A stretch of DNA of 64,000 bases. It comes from Octopus sinensis. Lineage: Eukaryota. The stretch's first letter is position 1. Every line of letters starts with the position of its first letter. The translations under genes and the position numbers were made by a program. Shown in pieces: positions 12,643-23,957 of the stretch. The stretch lies in assembly GCF_006345805.1 (NCBI RefSeq), contig NC_043009.1, positions 22,754,001 through 22,818,000 of the forward strand, in the 5' to 3' direction. Below the pieces are notes generated by a model. It ran no database searches, was not told the origin of the DNA, and worked only from the letters and a program-made list of their open reading frames with translations.

Positions 12643-13623
12643 TGACCTTCGAACTTTAGGTCTCACCAAGGAAATGACCAGAGACCGAGACCTTTGGAAG
12701 TATGCTGTGCGTGAGAACACCCGGCAAGACCAGTGAGAACAGTCAAAATCAAAATCAAACCAAATCAATACATATATCAGAAAGCAGAACCAAATTGAGG
12801 TCGATCAACATCAGGGCCCCCGTGCCGGTGACACGTAAAAGCACCATCCGTTCGTGGCCGTTTGCCAGCCCTGTCTGGCCCCCGTGTCGGTGGCACGTAA
12901 AAGCACCATCCGTTTGTGGCCATTTGCCAACCCTGTCTGGCCCCCGTGTCGGTGGCATGTAAAAGCACCATCCGTTCGTGTCCGTTGCCAGCCTCGCCTG
13001 GCCCCCGTGCCGGACACACGTAAAAGCACCATCCGTTTCGTGGCCGTTTGCCAGCTCTGTCTGGCCCCCGTGTTGGTGGCACGTAAAAGCACCATCCGTT
13101 CGTGTCCGTTGCCAGCCTCGCCTGGCCCCCGTGTCGGTGGCACGTAAAAGCACCATCCATTCGTGTCCGTTGCCAGCCTCGCCTGGCCCCCGTGCCGGTG
13201 ACACGTAAAAGCACCATCCGTTTCATGGCCGTTTGCCAGCTCTGTCTGGCCCCCGTGTTGGTGGCACGTAAAAGCCCCATCCGTTCGTGTCCATTGCCAG
13301 CCTCGCCTAGCCCCCGTGCCGGTGACACGTAAAAGCACCATCCGTTCGTGGCCGTTGCCAGCCTCGCCTGGCCCCCGTGCCCATGACACGTAAAAGCACC
13401 ATCCGTTCGTGGCCGTTTGCCAGCTCTGTCTGGCACCTGTGCGGGTGGCACGTAAAAAGCACCCACTACACTCACGGAGTGGTTGGCGTTAGGAAGGGCA
13501 TCCAGCCGTAGAAACACTGCCAGATCTGACTGGGCCCGATGAAGCCTTCCAGCTTCACAGACCCCAGTTGAACCGTCCAACCCATGCTAGCATGGAGAAC
13601 GGACGCTAAATGATGATGATGAT
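12643..13623 (+). mobile_element. 5'-truncated RTE LINE copy with expanded 3' UTR array
   Basis: 12643-12737 matches the RTE ORF end (17671-17765); ends in (GAT)n. Confidence 0.9.
12815..13464 (+). repeat. 11 tandem ~61-bp units (pseudoknot-forming motif plus GCCAG/CTGGC hairpin)
   Basis: CACGTAAAAGCACC or a close variant recurs 11 times at ~61-62 bp spacing. Confidence 0.95.
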
Positions 13624-13944
13624 ATACGACAGGCTTCTTTCAGTTTCTGTCTACCAAATCCACTCACAAGGCATTGGTCGGCCCGGGGCTATAGCAGAAG
13701 ACACTTGCCCAAGATGCTACGCAGTGGGACTGAACCCGGAACCATGTGTTTGGTTAGCAAGCTACTTACCACACAGCCACTCCTGTGCCTATATATATAT
13801 TTTTTCTCTCTCTCTAATCAATCCTCCAAAAATTCACCACACACATACACATGTAGATTCAAAATAAAAACATCCCATCTATTCCAAAAATATCCTCTTC
13901 CCAAAACGCTAGAAAATAAATTCAATTCTCAATTTTTTTCAACT

Positions 13945-14465
13945 CACCGAGACCTTTGGAGATATGTTGTACTTGAGAAGACCCAGCAAGCCAAGTGAGA
14001 CTATAACAGTGGCCTATGTCAGTGCAGCATAACCAGCCCATTTAATAGTACCCTTCAATCATTGGGCAATAAACTGCACTTGCAAAGATCTGTTGAGGAA
14101 AGTGAAATCATTGTCATGGCCGATGACAGTACCACCTGATTAGCACCCATGCCAATGGCATGTAAAAAGCACAATTTGAGCATGGTCAATGCCAGTGCCA
14201 GTTGACTGGTCCCATGCTGGTGGTACATAAAAAGCACCATTCGAGCATGGTCGATGCCAGTACCACCTGACTGGCCCTCATGCTAGTGACGCATAAAAAC
14301 CACCCACTATACTCTCGGAGTTGTTGACTTTAGGAAGGACATCCTGCAGTAGAAACTCTGCCAGACCAAATTGAAGCCTGGTGCAGCCTTCTGGCTTGCC
14401 AGTCCTGAGTCAAACTGCCCAACCCATGCCAGCGTAGAAAGCAGACATTAAATGACAATGATGAT
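13945..14465 (+). mobile_element. Older RTE 3' fragment with ~3 modules
   Basis: RDLWRYVVLEKTQQAK* ORF end, TAAAAAGCAC modules and GAT tail. Confidence 0.8.
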
Positions 14466-14853
14466 ATGAATTTCTATAAATATACCATTCATAATGACTC
14501 TCTTAAGAGATGAAAGCACCAAATAAATAAATTTTATCTAAATCTTCACAGCCTCCTTTTTTTTCTAATATATAAAATATATACAACACTTCAAACAATG
14601 TATACACACACACACAAAAATGACCAAGGCCTTTGGCAATATGCTGTGTTTGAGACCCATCAAGCCAAACGAAATTGTAGTTGTGGCAGATACCAATGTC
14701 ACACAACTGGCACCCATACTGATGACACATAAAAGCATCCAGCAGTAGAAACCATGCCAAAGCAGACTGGAGTCTGGTGCATCCTTTCAGCTTACTAGCC
14801 CTGATCAAACTGTCCAACCCATGCCAGCATGGGCAATGGACATTAAACAATGA

Positions 14854-14883
<30 letters not shown>

Positions 14884-14886
<3 letters not shown>

Positions 14887-15262
14887 CACGGGAGTGGCTG
14901 TGTGGTAAGAAGCTTGCTTCCTAACAACATTGTTCTGAGTTCAGTCCCACTGCGATGGCAACTCGGGCAAATGTTTTCTCTAGCCTCTGGCCAACCAAAG
15001 CCTTGTGAGAGGATAAGGTAGATGGAAACTGAAAGAAGCCTGTCATATATATATATATATTATATATATATGTATGTATTTGTGTGTTTGTCCCCTCACC
15101 ATCGCTTGACAACCAATGGCGGTGTGTTTACATCCTTGTAACTTAGCGGTTCACCAAAAGAGATAGAATAAGTACTAGGCTTACAAAAGAATATGTCCTG
15201 GTGTTGATTTCTTCAACTAAAGGCAGTGCTCCAGCATGGCTGCAGTCAAATGACAAACAAGA
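14884..15262 (+). mobile_element. SINE family A, full length
   Basis: tRNA-like head GGAGTGGCTGTGTGGTAAG..GTTCAGTCCC, CORE-like GGGCAA, internal (TA)n, CAGCATGG..CAGTCAAATGAC tail. Confidence 0.85.
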
Positions 15263-15304
15263 ATACACGCACACACACACACACATATATACACACACAC
15301 ATAT

Positions 15305-15342
<38 letters not shown>

Positions 15343-15343
<1 letters not shown>

Positions 15344-17763
15344 CCAGCCAAATTGACTACATCCTTACAAGGCAAAGGGAGAGATGGCTGCTTATAAATG
15401 CCAAAACCTTCCCAGGTGAAGAATGTACCCCACAACATAGACTGGTAGTTAGTGACTTTAGGATCAGGACTAGGAGGACAACCAGAAGACGACAAATATG
15501 GAGAAGAAGGATCTGGAAGCTTAAAGATCCTGCAAATGGACAGAGATTTAGGGACATATTACTTGAAGCCTCTGACGAAGTAGAAGGGGATAGAGCATCA
15601 CAGGGGGTAGAAGACAGCTGGACGTTTCTAAGGGACAACCTGCTGAGAGCCACTGACCAGATCTGTGGCTGGTGCAAAGTCCCCTCTCGACCTAGAATAA
15701 CGTGGTGGTGGAACAATATTGTAGACAGGGCTATTAGAGAAAAGAGACAGGCTTGGAAGGTCTGGAAAAATGGGGGTAGCAGGGAATTGTATCAGACTGC
15801 CAAAAGAGAAGCTAGGAGACAGGTTTATTTAGCCAGAGGGGAAGCAGATAAGAAAAAATTTGCCAATGTTCTGCGCCGTGAGGACCAAAGACTGGAGGTG
15901 TTTCGTGTTGCAAGACAGTGTGTGAGAGAGAATCGTGATGTGGTAGGAGAGAAGTGTGTTCGCATGGAAGATGGTTCACTTGCGCTAAATGAGGATGCGA
16001 AGAGAGAGGTTTGGAGATGCCACTATGAAAGGTTGCTGAATGAAGAAAATGAATGGGATAAAGAGAGTCTGCCGAATGTTGACCCAACAGAGGGACCAGC
16101 TATCCGAGTTGATAGTTCTGTGGTAGCTAAGGCAATTAGAAACATGAAGACAGGGAAAGCCCCAGGCCCATCAGGAATCACTGCAGAGATGCTCAAAATG
16201 TCTGGTAGTGTCGGCTATAGCCTAGTCACCCATATAGTTAATCAGGTGATACACAAAGGGGTCATACCCAATGACTGGTGTAGCAGTATAATAGTCAACT
16301 GCTACAAAGGTAAAGGTGATGCCCTAGATACAAATAACTACAGAGGTATCAAGCTGTTGGACCAGGTGATGAAGGTTACGGAGAGGGTCATAGCCCAACT
16401 AATTAGAGAGAGAGTTAGTTTAGATGAGATGCAGTTTGGGTTTGTGCCAGGGAAAAGTACTACTGATGCTATATTCCTGGTAAGGCAGCTGCAGGAGAAA
16501 TACCTAGCCAAAGATAAGCCCCTGTACCTGGCTTTTGTTGACATGGAGAAAGCCTTCGACAGGGTCCCCCGATCCCTTATCTGGTGGGCAATGAGAAAAC
16601 TAGGGATAGATGAATGGTTAGTGAGAGCTGTGCGGGCTATGTATAGGGACGCCGCTAGTGGGGTGAGGGTCGGAAATGAGTACAGTGAAGAATTCCGGGT
16701 AGAGGTAGGGGTCCACCAAGGCTCAGTACTCAGCCCCCTCCTATTTATCATAGTCCTCCAGGCAATAACGGAGGAATTCAAGACAGGATGCCCTTGGGAG
16801 CTCCTCTATGCTGATGACCTTGCTCTAATTGCTGAGTCGCTATCAGAACTGGAGGAGAAGTTTCAGGTGTGGAAACAAGGATTAGAATCGAAGGGCCTCA
16901 GAGTCAATCTAGCTAAAACCAAAGTCGTAATCAGTAGGAAGGTAGACAAATCACAAACACCTTCAGGTAGATGGCCCTGCTCGATCTGTAGAAAAGGTGT
17001 AGGTAGAAACTCTATAAGATGCACCAAGTGTAAGCTATGGACACATAAGAGATGCAGCAATGTCAAAGGAAGGCTAACTAGGAAGATGGTTTTTGTATGT
17101 GGCAGATGCTCAGGAACAATAAACACTGAAAATGCTCTGAGACCAACTTCCGTCACTTTCCAGGGAGAAAAACTAGAAATAGTTGATAGTTTCCGTTACC
17201 TAGGTGACCAAGTCAGCAGCGGGGGCGGGTGTGCTGAAAGTGTAACTGCTAGAGTAAGAATAGCTTGGGCAAAGTTCAGAGAGCTCTTACCTCTGCTGGT
17301 GACAAAAGGCCTCTCGCACAGAGTGAAAGGCAGACTGTATGATGCGTGTGTACGAACAGCCATGCTACATGGCAGTGAAACATGGGCCGTCACTGCTGAG
17401 GATATGCGTAAGCTCGCTAGAAATGAAGCCAGTATGCTCCGATGGATGTGTAATGCCGGTACTCACACTCGGCAGAGTGTAAGTACCTTGAGAGAAAAGC
17501 TGGACCTAAGAAGCATCAGTTGTGATGTGCAAGAGAGACGTTTGCGCTGGTATGGTCATGTGGCGAGAATGGATGAAGATAGTTGTGTGAAAAGGTGCCA
17601 CACCCTAGCGGTTGAGGGAACCTGTGGAAGAGGCAGACCCAGGAAAACCTGGGACGAGGTGGTGAAGCACGACCTTCGAACTTTAGGTCTCACTGAGGAA
17701 ATGACTAGAGACCGAGACCTCTGGAAGTGTGCTGTGCGCGAGAAGACCCGGCAGGACAAGTGA
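15343..17763 (+). CDS. RTE APE(partial)-reverse transcriptase ORF, uninterrupted (~806 codons), with C4HC3 PHD-like finger
   Basis: KAPGPSG, NYRGIKL, QFGF, FVDMEKAFDRV, GVHQGSVLSP, YADD, FRYLG, HGSETW, RGRPRKTW. The N-terminal 39 aa of the listed ORF are read-through of SINE/microsatellite sequence. Confidence 0.93.
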
Positions 17764-18360
17764 GTCCACAACCCGTGGCCTTCTACATGGGATGGAGCCG
17801 GCCTACGTATGCATACCTTCCCTTCTTGGGACACAAAACTCTACTTGTGAAGACGTGTTGAGGCAAGTGAGGATCAGAATCGAAATCGATCAATGGAAAT
17901 TGCGGATGTGCTACCAGTGCCGGTGGCATGTCGAAACTCTGCTTGTGAAGACCTATTGAGGCAAGTGAGGATCAGAATCGAAATCGATCAATGGAAATTG
18001 CAGATGTGTTACCAGTGCCGGTGGCATGTAAGAGAACTTTCCGTTTCGCGACCGTTGCCAGCACCGCCCCGTTTCGTGTCCGTTGCCAGCCTCGCCTGGC
18101 CCTCGTGCCGGTGGCACATAAAAAGCACCATCCGTTCGTGGCCGTTTGCCAGCTCTGTCTGGCACCAGTGCGGGTGGCACGTAAAAAGCACCCACTACAC
18201 TCACGGAGTGGTTGGCGTTAGGAAGGGCATCCAGCCGTAGAAACACTGCCAGATTTGACTGGGCCTGATGAAGCCTTCTGGCTTCACAGACCCCAGTAGA
18301 ACAGTCCAACCCATGCTAGCATGGAAAACGGACGCTAAATGATGATGATGATGATGATGA
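15343..18360 (+). mobile_element. RTE-clade LINE, 5'-truncated, young
   Basis: APE C-terminus (SQIDYIL..QHRLVV), RT, 600-nt 3' UTR and (GAT)n tail; starts within (TA)n. Confidence 0.95.
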
Positions 18361-18446
18361 TATACAATTGCAGCGTGGAAGGTGTTTATAAGCCATTTAA
18401 GAAACACACAAAAGCCGTTCGATTCACTTCAACATTTAAGTTTAAT

Positions 18447-18493
18447 TTGTCAAAATATTTTCGTCGCTAAAATCCGCGACCTGCTCACTGACG
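18447..18493 (-). ncRNA. Minimal type-I hammerhead ribozyme motif, G3-C8 variant (left arm)
   Basis: Minus strand: GTCA GTGAGCA G GTCGC ggatttta GCGAC GAAA ATAT T T TGAC. Confidence 0.65.
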
Positions 18494-19451
18494 AAGTCCG
18501 TGCTGCATCTAAGAAAGTAACAGTTAGTTCGTCATATATATGTACGTATGTATGTGTGTATGTATGCATACATGTGTGTATGTATGTACGTATGCATGTA
18601 CGCACATACGCTTGTGTATGCATGTATGTATGTATGTATGTATGTATGTATATATGTGTGTGTATATGCACGCACATACACTCTATAAAACATAAAGCTA
18701 TAAACCTGTAGCGATGGATGGATGTAGAGTGACCACTCATCACAAAGCTATCAAATTTCAACTTCCTACCGCCAAAGCTAGAAAGTGATTTATGACGCTT
18801 ACTCCCAAAACTATACCCTAAAATCTATTATCAGATTTTTATCTCTATATCACAGAACTATTGTTTTACTATTGTGTGTATGTATGTATGTGCGTATGTA
18901 TGTATGTATGTATGTATGTATGTGTGTATGTATGTGTGTATGTACATACGTACGCATGTGCGTATGTATGTATACGCGCTCGTGTGCATGTGCCCATGTA
19001 TGTGTGTGCGTACATGTACGTGCGTATGTACGTGTGTATGCCCATACGTAGGTATGTATGTATGTTTGTATTCATGTGCTACGTATGTATGTAAGTGTCT
19101 AGGAGAATGGGCAGATGTGTCTGTGAGACTGTGTACATGTGTATGTGTATGTGAACATATGTCCGTGTACTGGCATGTGTCCGTCCAAGTTGTGTACATG
19201 ACTGTTACTTTGCTGAAGGTTGTATACATATTTACATATATGTTTGTATAGACGCACACACACATATATATGTGTGTGTGGGTGTGTGTTTGTTCCTCTC
19301 ATCATCGTCTAACCATGAATGGATACAACGCCTAGGTGCAACTGTTCGTATCAAACAACGTCTGCTCATACCGTTGTATATAACTGCACATACGCGTTGC
19401 AACCCGTATGTAAGGACTACAGGTAAAAGGGAGAGAGAGAGAGAGGGGTGG

Positions 19452-20300
19452 TTATAGAATAGTCCTTCTGAATGGGATCTGGATGTTATTCCATTCGGAC
19501 TTTCGGTTGAGAGTAGGTTTGTATTCTTGTATACAAACAGCTTCTGTGACCTGTCTCAACATTGCATCGGTGGGGTGTGTTGACAGGATGTTCAACTTAA
19601 GCTCCCCTAAGGATCCCTTGTGGCAGTCTACAGCATGTTGGTAGAAGATGGAGTTTGGCTTCCTTTCAATGTAGTTGTCCAGGTGTAGAAGGTTATTGCG
19701 CGACAGGTATTCATTGGTACACGTCAGGGCCAGGAAGAGCCCTAGTTCATATACATCCACATTCTTAAATATCATACCACTCTCACTAACTATTTCTATA
19801 CATTTATCGACAGCAAAGTCTATATCGATGGAGGGGTATAGTGATACCACATCCATGCTACCCACGATGTGGTTCTTGAGGTCACACGTGTTGTTGCATT
19901 CGCGGATCCTGCTAAGGAGGTCCTCAGTACTGTCACATACATCCACAGATAGTTCTATTAACGGTCGTAGGAATTGTGAGAGAAAGTATGATATTTTGTG
20001 GTTGTTTGCATTGTTGGCACCACAAACGGGTCGGGTGGGTGGCCCAAGTATGTGATCCGTGTGGCTCTTGTGATCTTTGCGAAGGCCATATAGGGGTGGG
20101 ATTTCGTTGTTGGTGGTTAAGAAGTTGTTAGCTGTGCGCTTCTCCGACTGGAGAATTATACTCCACATCCCCATGTGAGCATTGACGATCTTTTCGTTCT
20201 CGATATATTCGAGTGTTGTGGTTTCTGTCATGTCTCTGATGTGTGGTTGCATGTTCGAGATGTAATTAGGTATGTTGTCAACAGACATCCTACCTGATTT
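19452..20300 (-). pseudogene. PLE RT N-terminal fragment fused in frame to the GIY-YIG C-terminus (internal deletion at ~19685)
   Basis: KSGRMSVD, LYGLRKDHK, PTRPV and GSMDVVSLYPSI, then a jump to HLDNYIERK..RQVTEAVCI..LNRKSEW; no YxDD motif. Confidence 0.88.
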
Positions 20301-20580
20301 ATACGTAGGTGAGACCTCTAGAAGCATCAATGATAGGTTCAAAGAACACCTGGACAACTACATTGAAAGGAAGCCAAACTCCATCTTCTACCAAAATGCT
20401 GTAGACTGCCACAAGGGATCCTTAGGGGAGCTTAAGTTGAACATCCTATCAACACACCCCACCGATGCAATGTTGAGACAAGTCACAGAAGCTGTTTGTA
20501 TACAAGAATACAAACCTACTCTCAACCGAAAGTCCGAATGGAATAACATCCAGATCCCATTCAGAAGGACTATTCTATAA
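20301..20580 (+). pseudogene. PLE GIY-YIG endonuclease fragment
   Basis: YVGETSRSINDRFKEH...EAVCIQEYKPTLN. Confidence 0.9.
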
Positions 20581-21538
20581 CCACCCCTCTCTCTCTCTCT
20601 CTCCCTTTTACCTGTAGTCCTTACATACGGGTTGCAACGCGTATGTGCAGTTATATACAACGGTATGAGCAGACGTTGTTTGATACGAACAGTTGCACCT
20701 AGGCGTTCTATCCATTCACGGTTAGACGATGATGAGAGGAACAAACACACACCCACACACATATATATATGTGTGTGTACGTCTATACAAACATATATGT
20801 AAATATGTATACAACCTTCAGCAAAGTAACAGTCATGTACACAACTTGGACGGACACATGCCAGTACACGGACATACGTTCACATACACATACTCTCACA
20901 GACACATCTGCCCATTCTCCTAGACACTCACATACATACGTAGCACATGAATACAAACATACATACATACCTACGTGTGGGCATACACACGTACATACGC
21001 ACGTACATGTACTCACACACATACATGGGCACATGCACACGAGCGCGTATACATACATACGCACATGCGTACGTATGTACATACACACATACATACACAC
21101 ATACATACATACATACATACATACATACGCACATACATACATACATATGCACAATAGTAAAACAATAGTTCTGTGATATAGAGATAAAAATCTGATAATA
21201 GATTTTAGGGTATAGTTTTGGGAGTAAGCGTCATAAATCACTTTCTAACTTCGGCGGTAGGAAGTTGAAATTTGATAGCTTTGTGATGAGTGGTCACTCT
21301 ACATCCATCCATCGCTACAGGTTTATAGCTTTATGTTTTATAGAGTGTATGTGCATGCATATACACACACATATATACATACATACATACATACATACAT
21401 ACATACATACATGCATACACAGGTGTATGTACGTACATGCATACATACATACATACACACATGTATGCATACATACACACATACATACGTACATATATAT
21501 GACGAACTAACTGTTACTTTCTTAGATGCAGCACGGAC

Positions 21539-21588
21539 TTTGTCAGTGAACAGGTCGCGGATTTTAGCGACGAAAATATTTTGACAAA
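21539..21588 (+). ncRNA. Minimal type-I hammerhead ribozyme motif, G3-C8 variant
   Basis: TTTGTCA | GTGAACA G | GTCGC ggatttta GCGAC | GAAA ATAT T T | TGACAAA: 7-bp stem I, 5-bp stem II, palindromic AATATT stem III. Confidence 0.72.
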
Positions 21589-21759
21589 TTAAACTTAAAT
21601 GTTGAAGTGAATCGAACGGCTTTTGTGTGTTTCTTAAATGGCTTATAAACACCTTCCACGCTGCAATTGTTTTCGTTTCAGCACACGATCTCAGATCAAA
21701 TTACTTGCTATGCGAGTACATCTCCGTAATATATGTATATATATATATATATATATATA

Positions 21760-21940
21760 GGGAGAGTTTATGAAAATACAAAAGATGAAGACAGGTGGTG
21801 TACAAAACAAACAGATGTATTAGTATAAAGCTCAGGAATAGAAAAAGTCTTTTACGTTTCGAGCCTACGCTCTTCTACAGAAAGGGACACAGAAAAAACA
21901 AGGAGAGAAAAAAATGTGTGTAGTGGCTAGCGATCTATAT
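21760..21940 (-). mobile_element. Mini-PLE (pLTR fragment) in (TA)n
   Basis: Homologous to 2985-3160, 53620-53700 and, more loosely, 25310-25465; contains a hammerhead motif. Confidence 0.6.
21849..21884 (-). ncRNA. 36-nt minimal hammerhead motif, U6 variant
   Basis: Minus strand: CTTT CTGTAGA A GAGC gtag GCTC GAAA CG T A AAAG. Confidence 0.65.
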
Positions 21941-21942
21941 AT

Positions 21943-21974
<32 letters not shown>

Positions 21975-22109
21975 AAATAATATGTTACAATTATACCATA
22001 GGCAAGATAAAACTCAGTTTCGAATGCCAAATGACGCTATAGATAAATTTCCTCTATTTACATAATATTGAGGTCTCTTTCTTTCTTTTGTTATTTACCG
22101 TTTTTACCA

Positions 22110-22146
<37 letters not shown>

Positions 22147-22151
22147 ATATA

Positions 22152-23912
22152 CTAGCTAAAGGTGACCCACTCTACGCGCAGGTAAGAGTGTGGTTGTTGC
22201 TTCCTTTCAGCACGTAAAAAGCACCAACTGATCGTGGCCGCTGACAATACCCCCCACCCCTGGCACCTGTGCCGGTGGCACGAAAAAAGCACCCACTACA
22301 ATCACGGAGTGGTTGGCGTTAGGAAGGGCATCCAGCTGTAGAAACATTGCCAGATCAGACTGGAGCCTGGTGCAGCCTACTAGCTTCCCAGACCCCGGTC
22401 AAACCATCCAACCCGTGCTAGCACGGAAAACGGACGTTAAACGATGGTGATTATTATGATTCTCCCTCTTTGTTTCTCTCTCACTTTCCCACTCTCTCAC
22501 TTTCCCACTCTCTTACTCCTCCTTTCTCTCGAACTCTCTCTCTCTTACTCTCTATCCTTATCTATCTCTCTCCCATTTATAAACAACAAAAGATCTTGAG
22601 TGAGTTGAGAAAGAATATGTTTTGAAAGATCAATCATAAATATCAGGCAGTGACAATGGAAAGGTCTGCTTCAAGGCAGACAGCAAAACGCTAACATTTA
22701 AAAGGGACAGACGAACTTGCGAGCTGAATATAAATAAAAAAAGTATTGGAAACCAAAGTTTGAAGGGATAGAATCTGAGGATAGTAGAGTCACCATGGCT
22801 GGCATTTCTTAACGACGGACAGCAACATATTGACAGTTTAACGGCTGGCGTAAAATTTTGAACTTGATGTAAAAGAAAATTCCTAAACACCAAGCTTTGA
22901 AGTGATTCTTTCTCACGAAAGTAGATTCACCATGGCAAGCATTCAAAACTTCTTCATCATGGACAGCATCACATTGACGATTTAAAGGCTGGCGCAAATT
23001 TTTTAGCCTGATGTAACAGAGAATTCCTAAACACCCGCTCCTGTAAATTTTAATCCCCTTCAAGCCCCATTTAGACCTCTTTTCACATTTTGGTTAATAT
23101 AACCCGATTTCATTCGGGTCTAATCGGGCCACATTTTATAAGATGAGGAATTTTGTCCTAGAGGTCACGCCTTTCATTTGAGGAAAAAAATAGTTGCCAT
23201 GCAAACTCGCCAGCAATTTTAACATAGGTGTGCATATTTGTATACAAATTATATATATATATAAATTAAATTAGAGATAAAACCACTATTAGGCAAATCA
23301 AACAGTGAAAAACATAAAACAAAACATAAGAATAAAAATATAATTTAAATTTAAAAGTATTAAAAAGTTTAATATACATAAATACAGATATATACACTTT
23401 GTATATATACATTATATACACATATTTATATATAGAACACACACACACATATATAAATCAACCCAATAAATATCTGATTCATAATATTCGTTCTCATGAT
23501 TGTGTGGTGATGTTGGCGATGATACTTCTATCTATGAATGCAGACAGACGTAGAGAGAGAGAGAGTGTGTGAAAGTGCTGTCGAAGGCGGGGAGGAGTAT
23601 ATAGGACGCTGTGACACAACATTATAGATAGAATGTGAAAGAAAGGGAGGAAAGAGAGTGAGTGATGGAGGAAGACAGACACATAAAAGAATGAGAGTAG
23701 ACTTGTCAAAGTGCGTTTTTGGCCCGAGCAACGACACCTTTTAAGATGGGGATTTCTAACCTAGCCCACTCGCATCCTCACCTCATTTTACATGTCCCTG
23801 TAAATTTTGGAGTCAATCTGACGGGATCTAGTGGCCTTTAACCCGTTCTCGATGCCAAAACCAGACAAACAAACAAACAAACTTTTGGCATTTCAGAATT
23901 ATAATATAGAGA
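22152..23912 (-). mobile_element. Non-autonomous Helitron
   Basis: 5' A|TCTCTATATTATAATTCTG..(TTTG)n at 23912; 3' CTAG|T at 22152-22155 with a degenerate hairpin at ~22165-22183; internal RTE-tail fragment at 22208-22450. Confidence 0.7.
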
Positions 23913-23957
23913 TATATGAAAATAGAGTGACAGAGGCAGTATTAATACCAGACGATA

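Larger units (their letters stand above)
12430..13790 (-). mobile_element. SINE family A split by an RTE insertion in its internal microsatellite
   Basis: Tail half at 12430-12640 and head half at 13624-13790. Confidence 0.8.
18364..21728. mobile_element. Penelope-like element 1 with ~1.32-kb inverted arms (18364-19685 / 20348-21670) and 3' extension to ~21728
   Basis: Arms are reverse complements; PLE RT and GIY-YIG motifs; hammerhead motif in each arm. Confidence 0.9.

Noticed and set aside
12815-13464. CRISPR-like array
   Set aside because: The spacers are not unique (two alternating types), there are no cas genes, the context is eukaryotic, and the array is part of a LINE 3' UTR.
15226-15342. 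N-terminus of the 845-aa ORF
   Set aside because: Chance read-through of a SINE tail and CA/TA microsatellite; LINE homology starts at ~15343.
18382-21652. Many YI/CV/HT-rich ORFs (also at 36000-46000 and 50000-55000)
   Set aside because: Translations of dinucleotide and tetranucleotide microsatellites.
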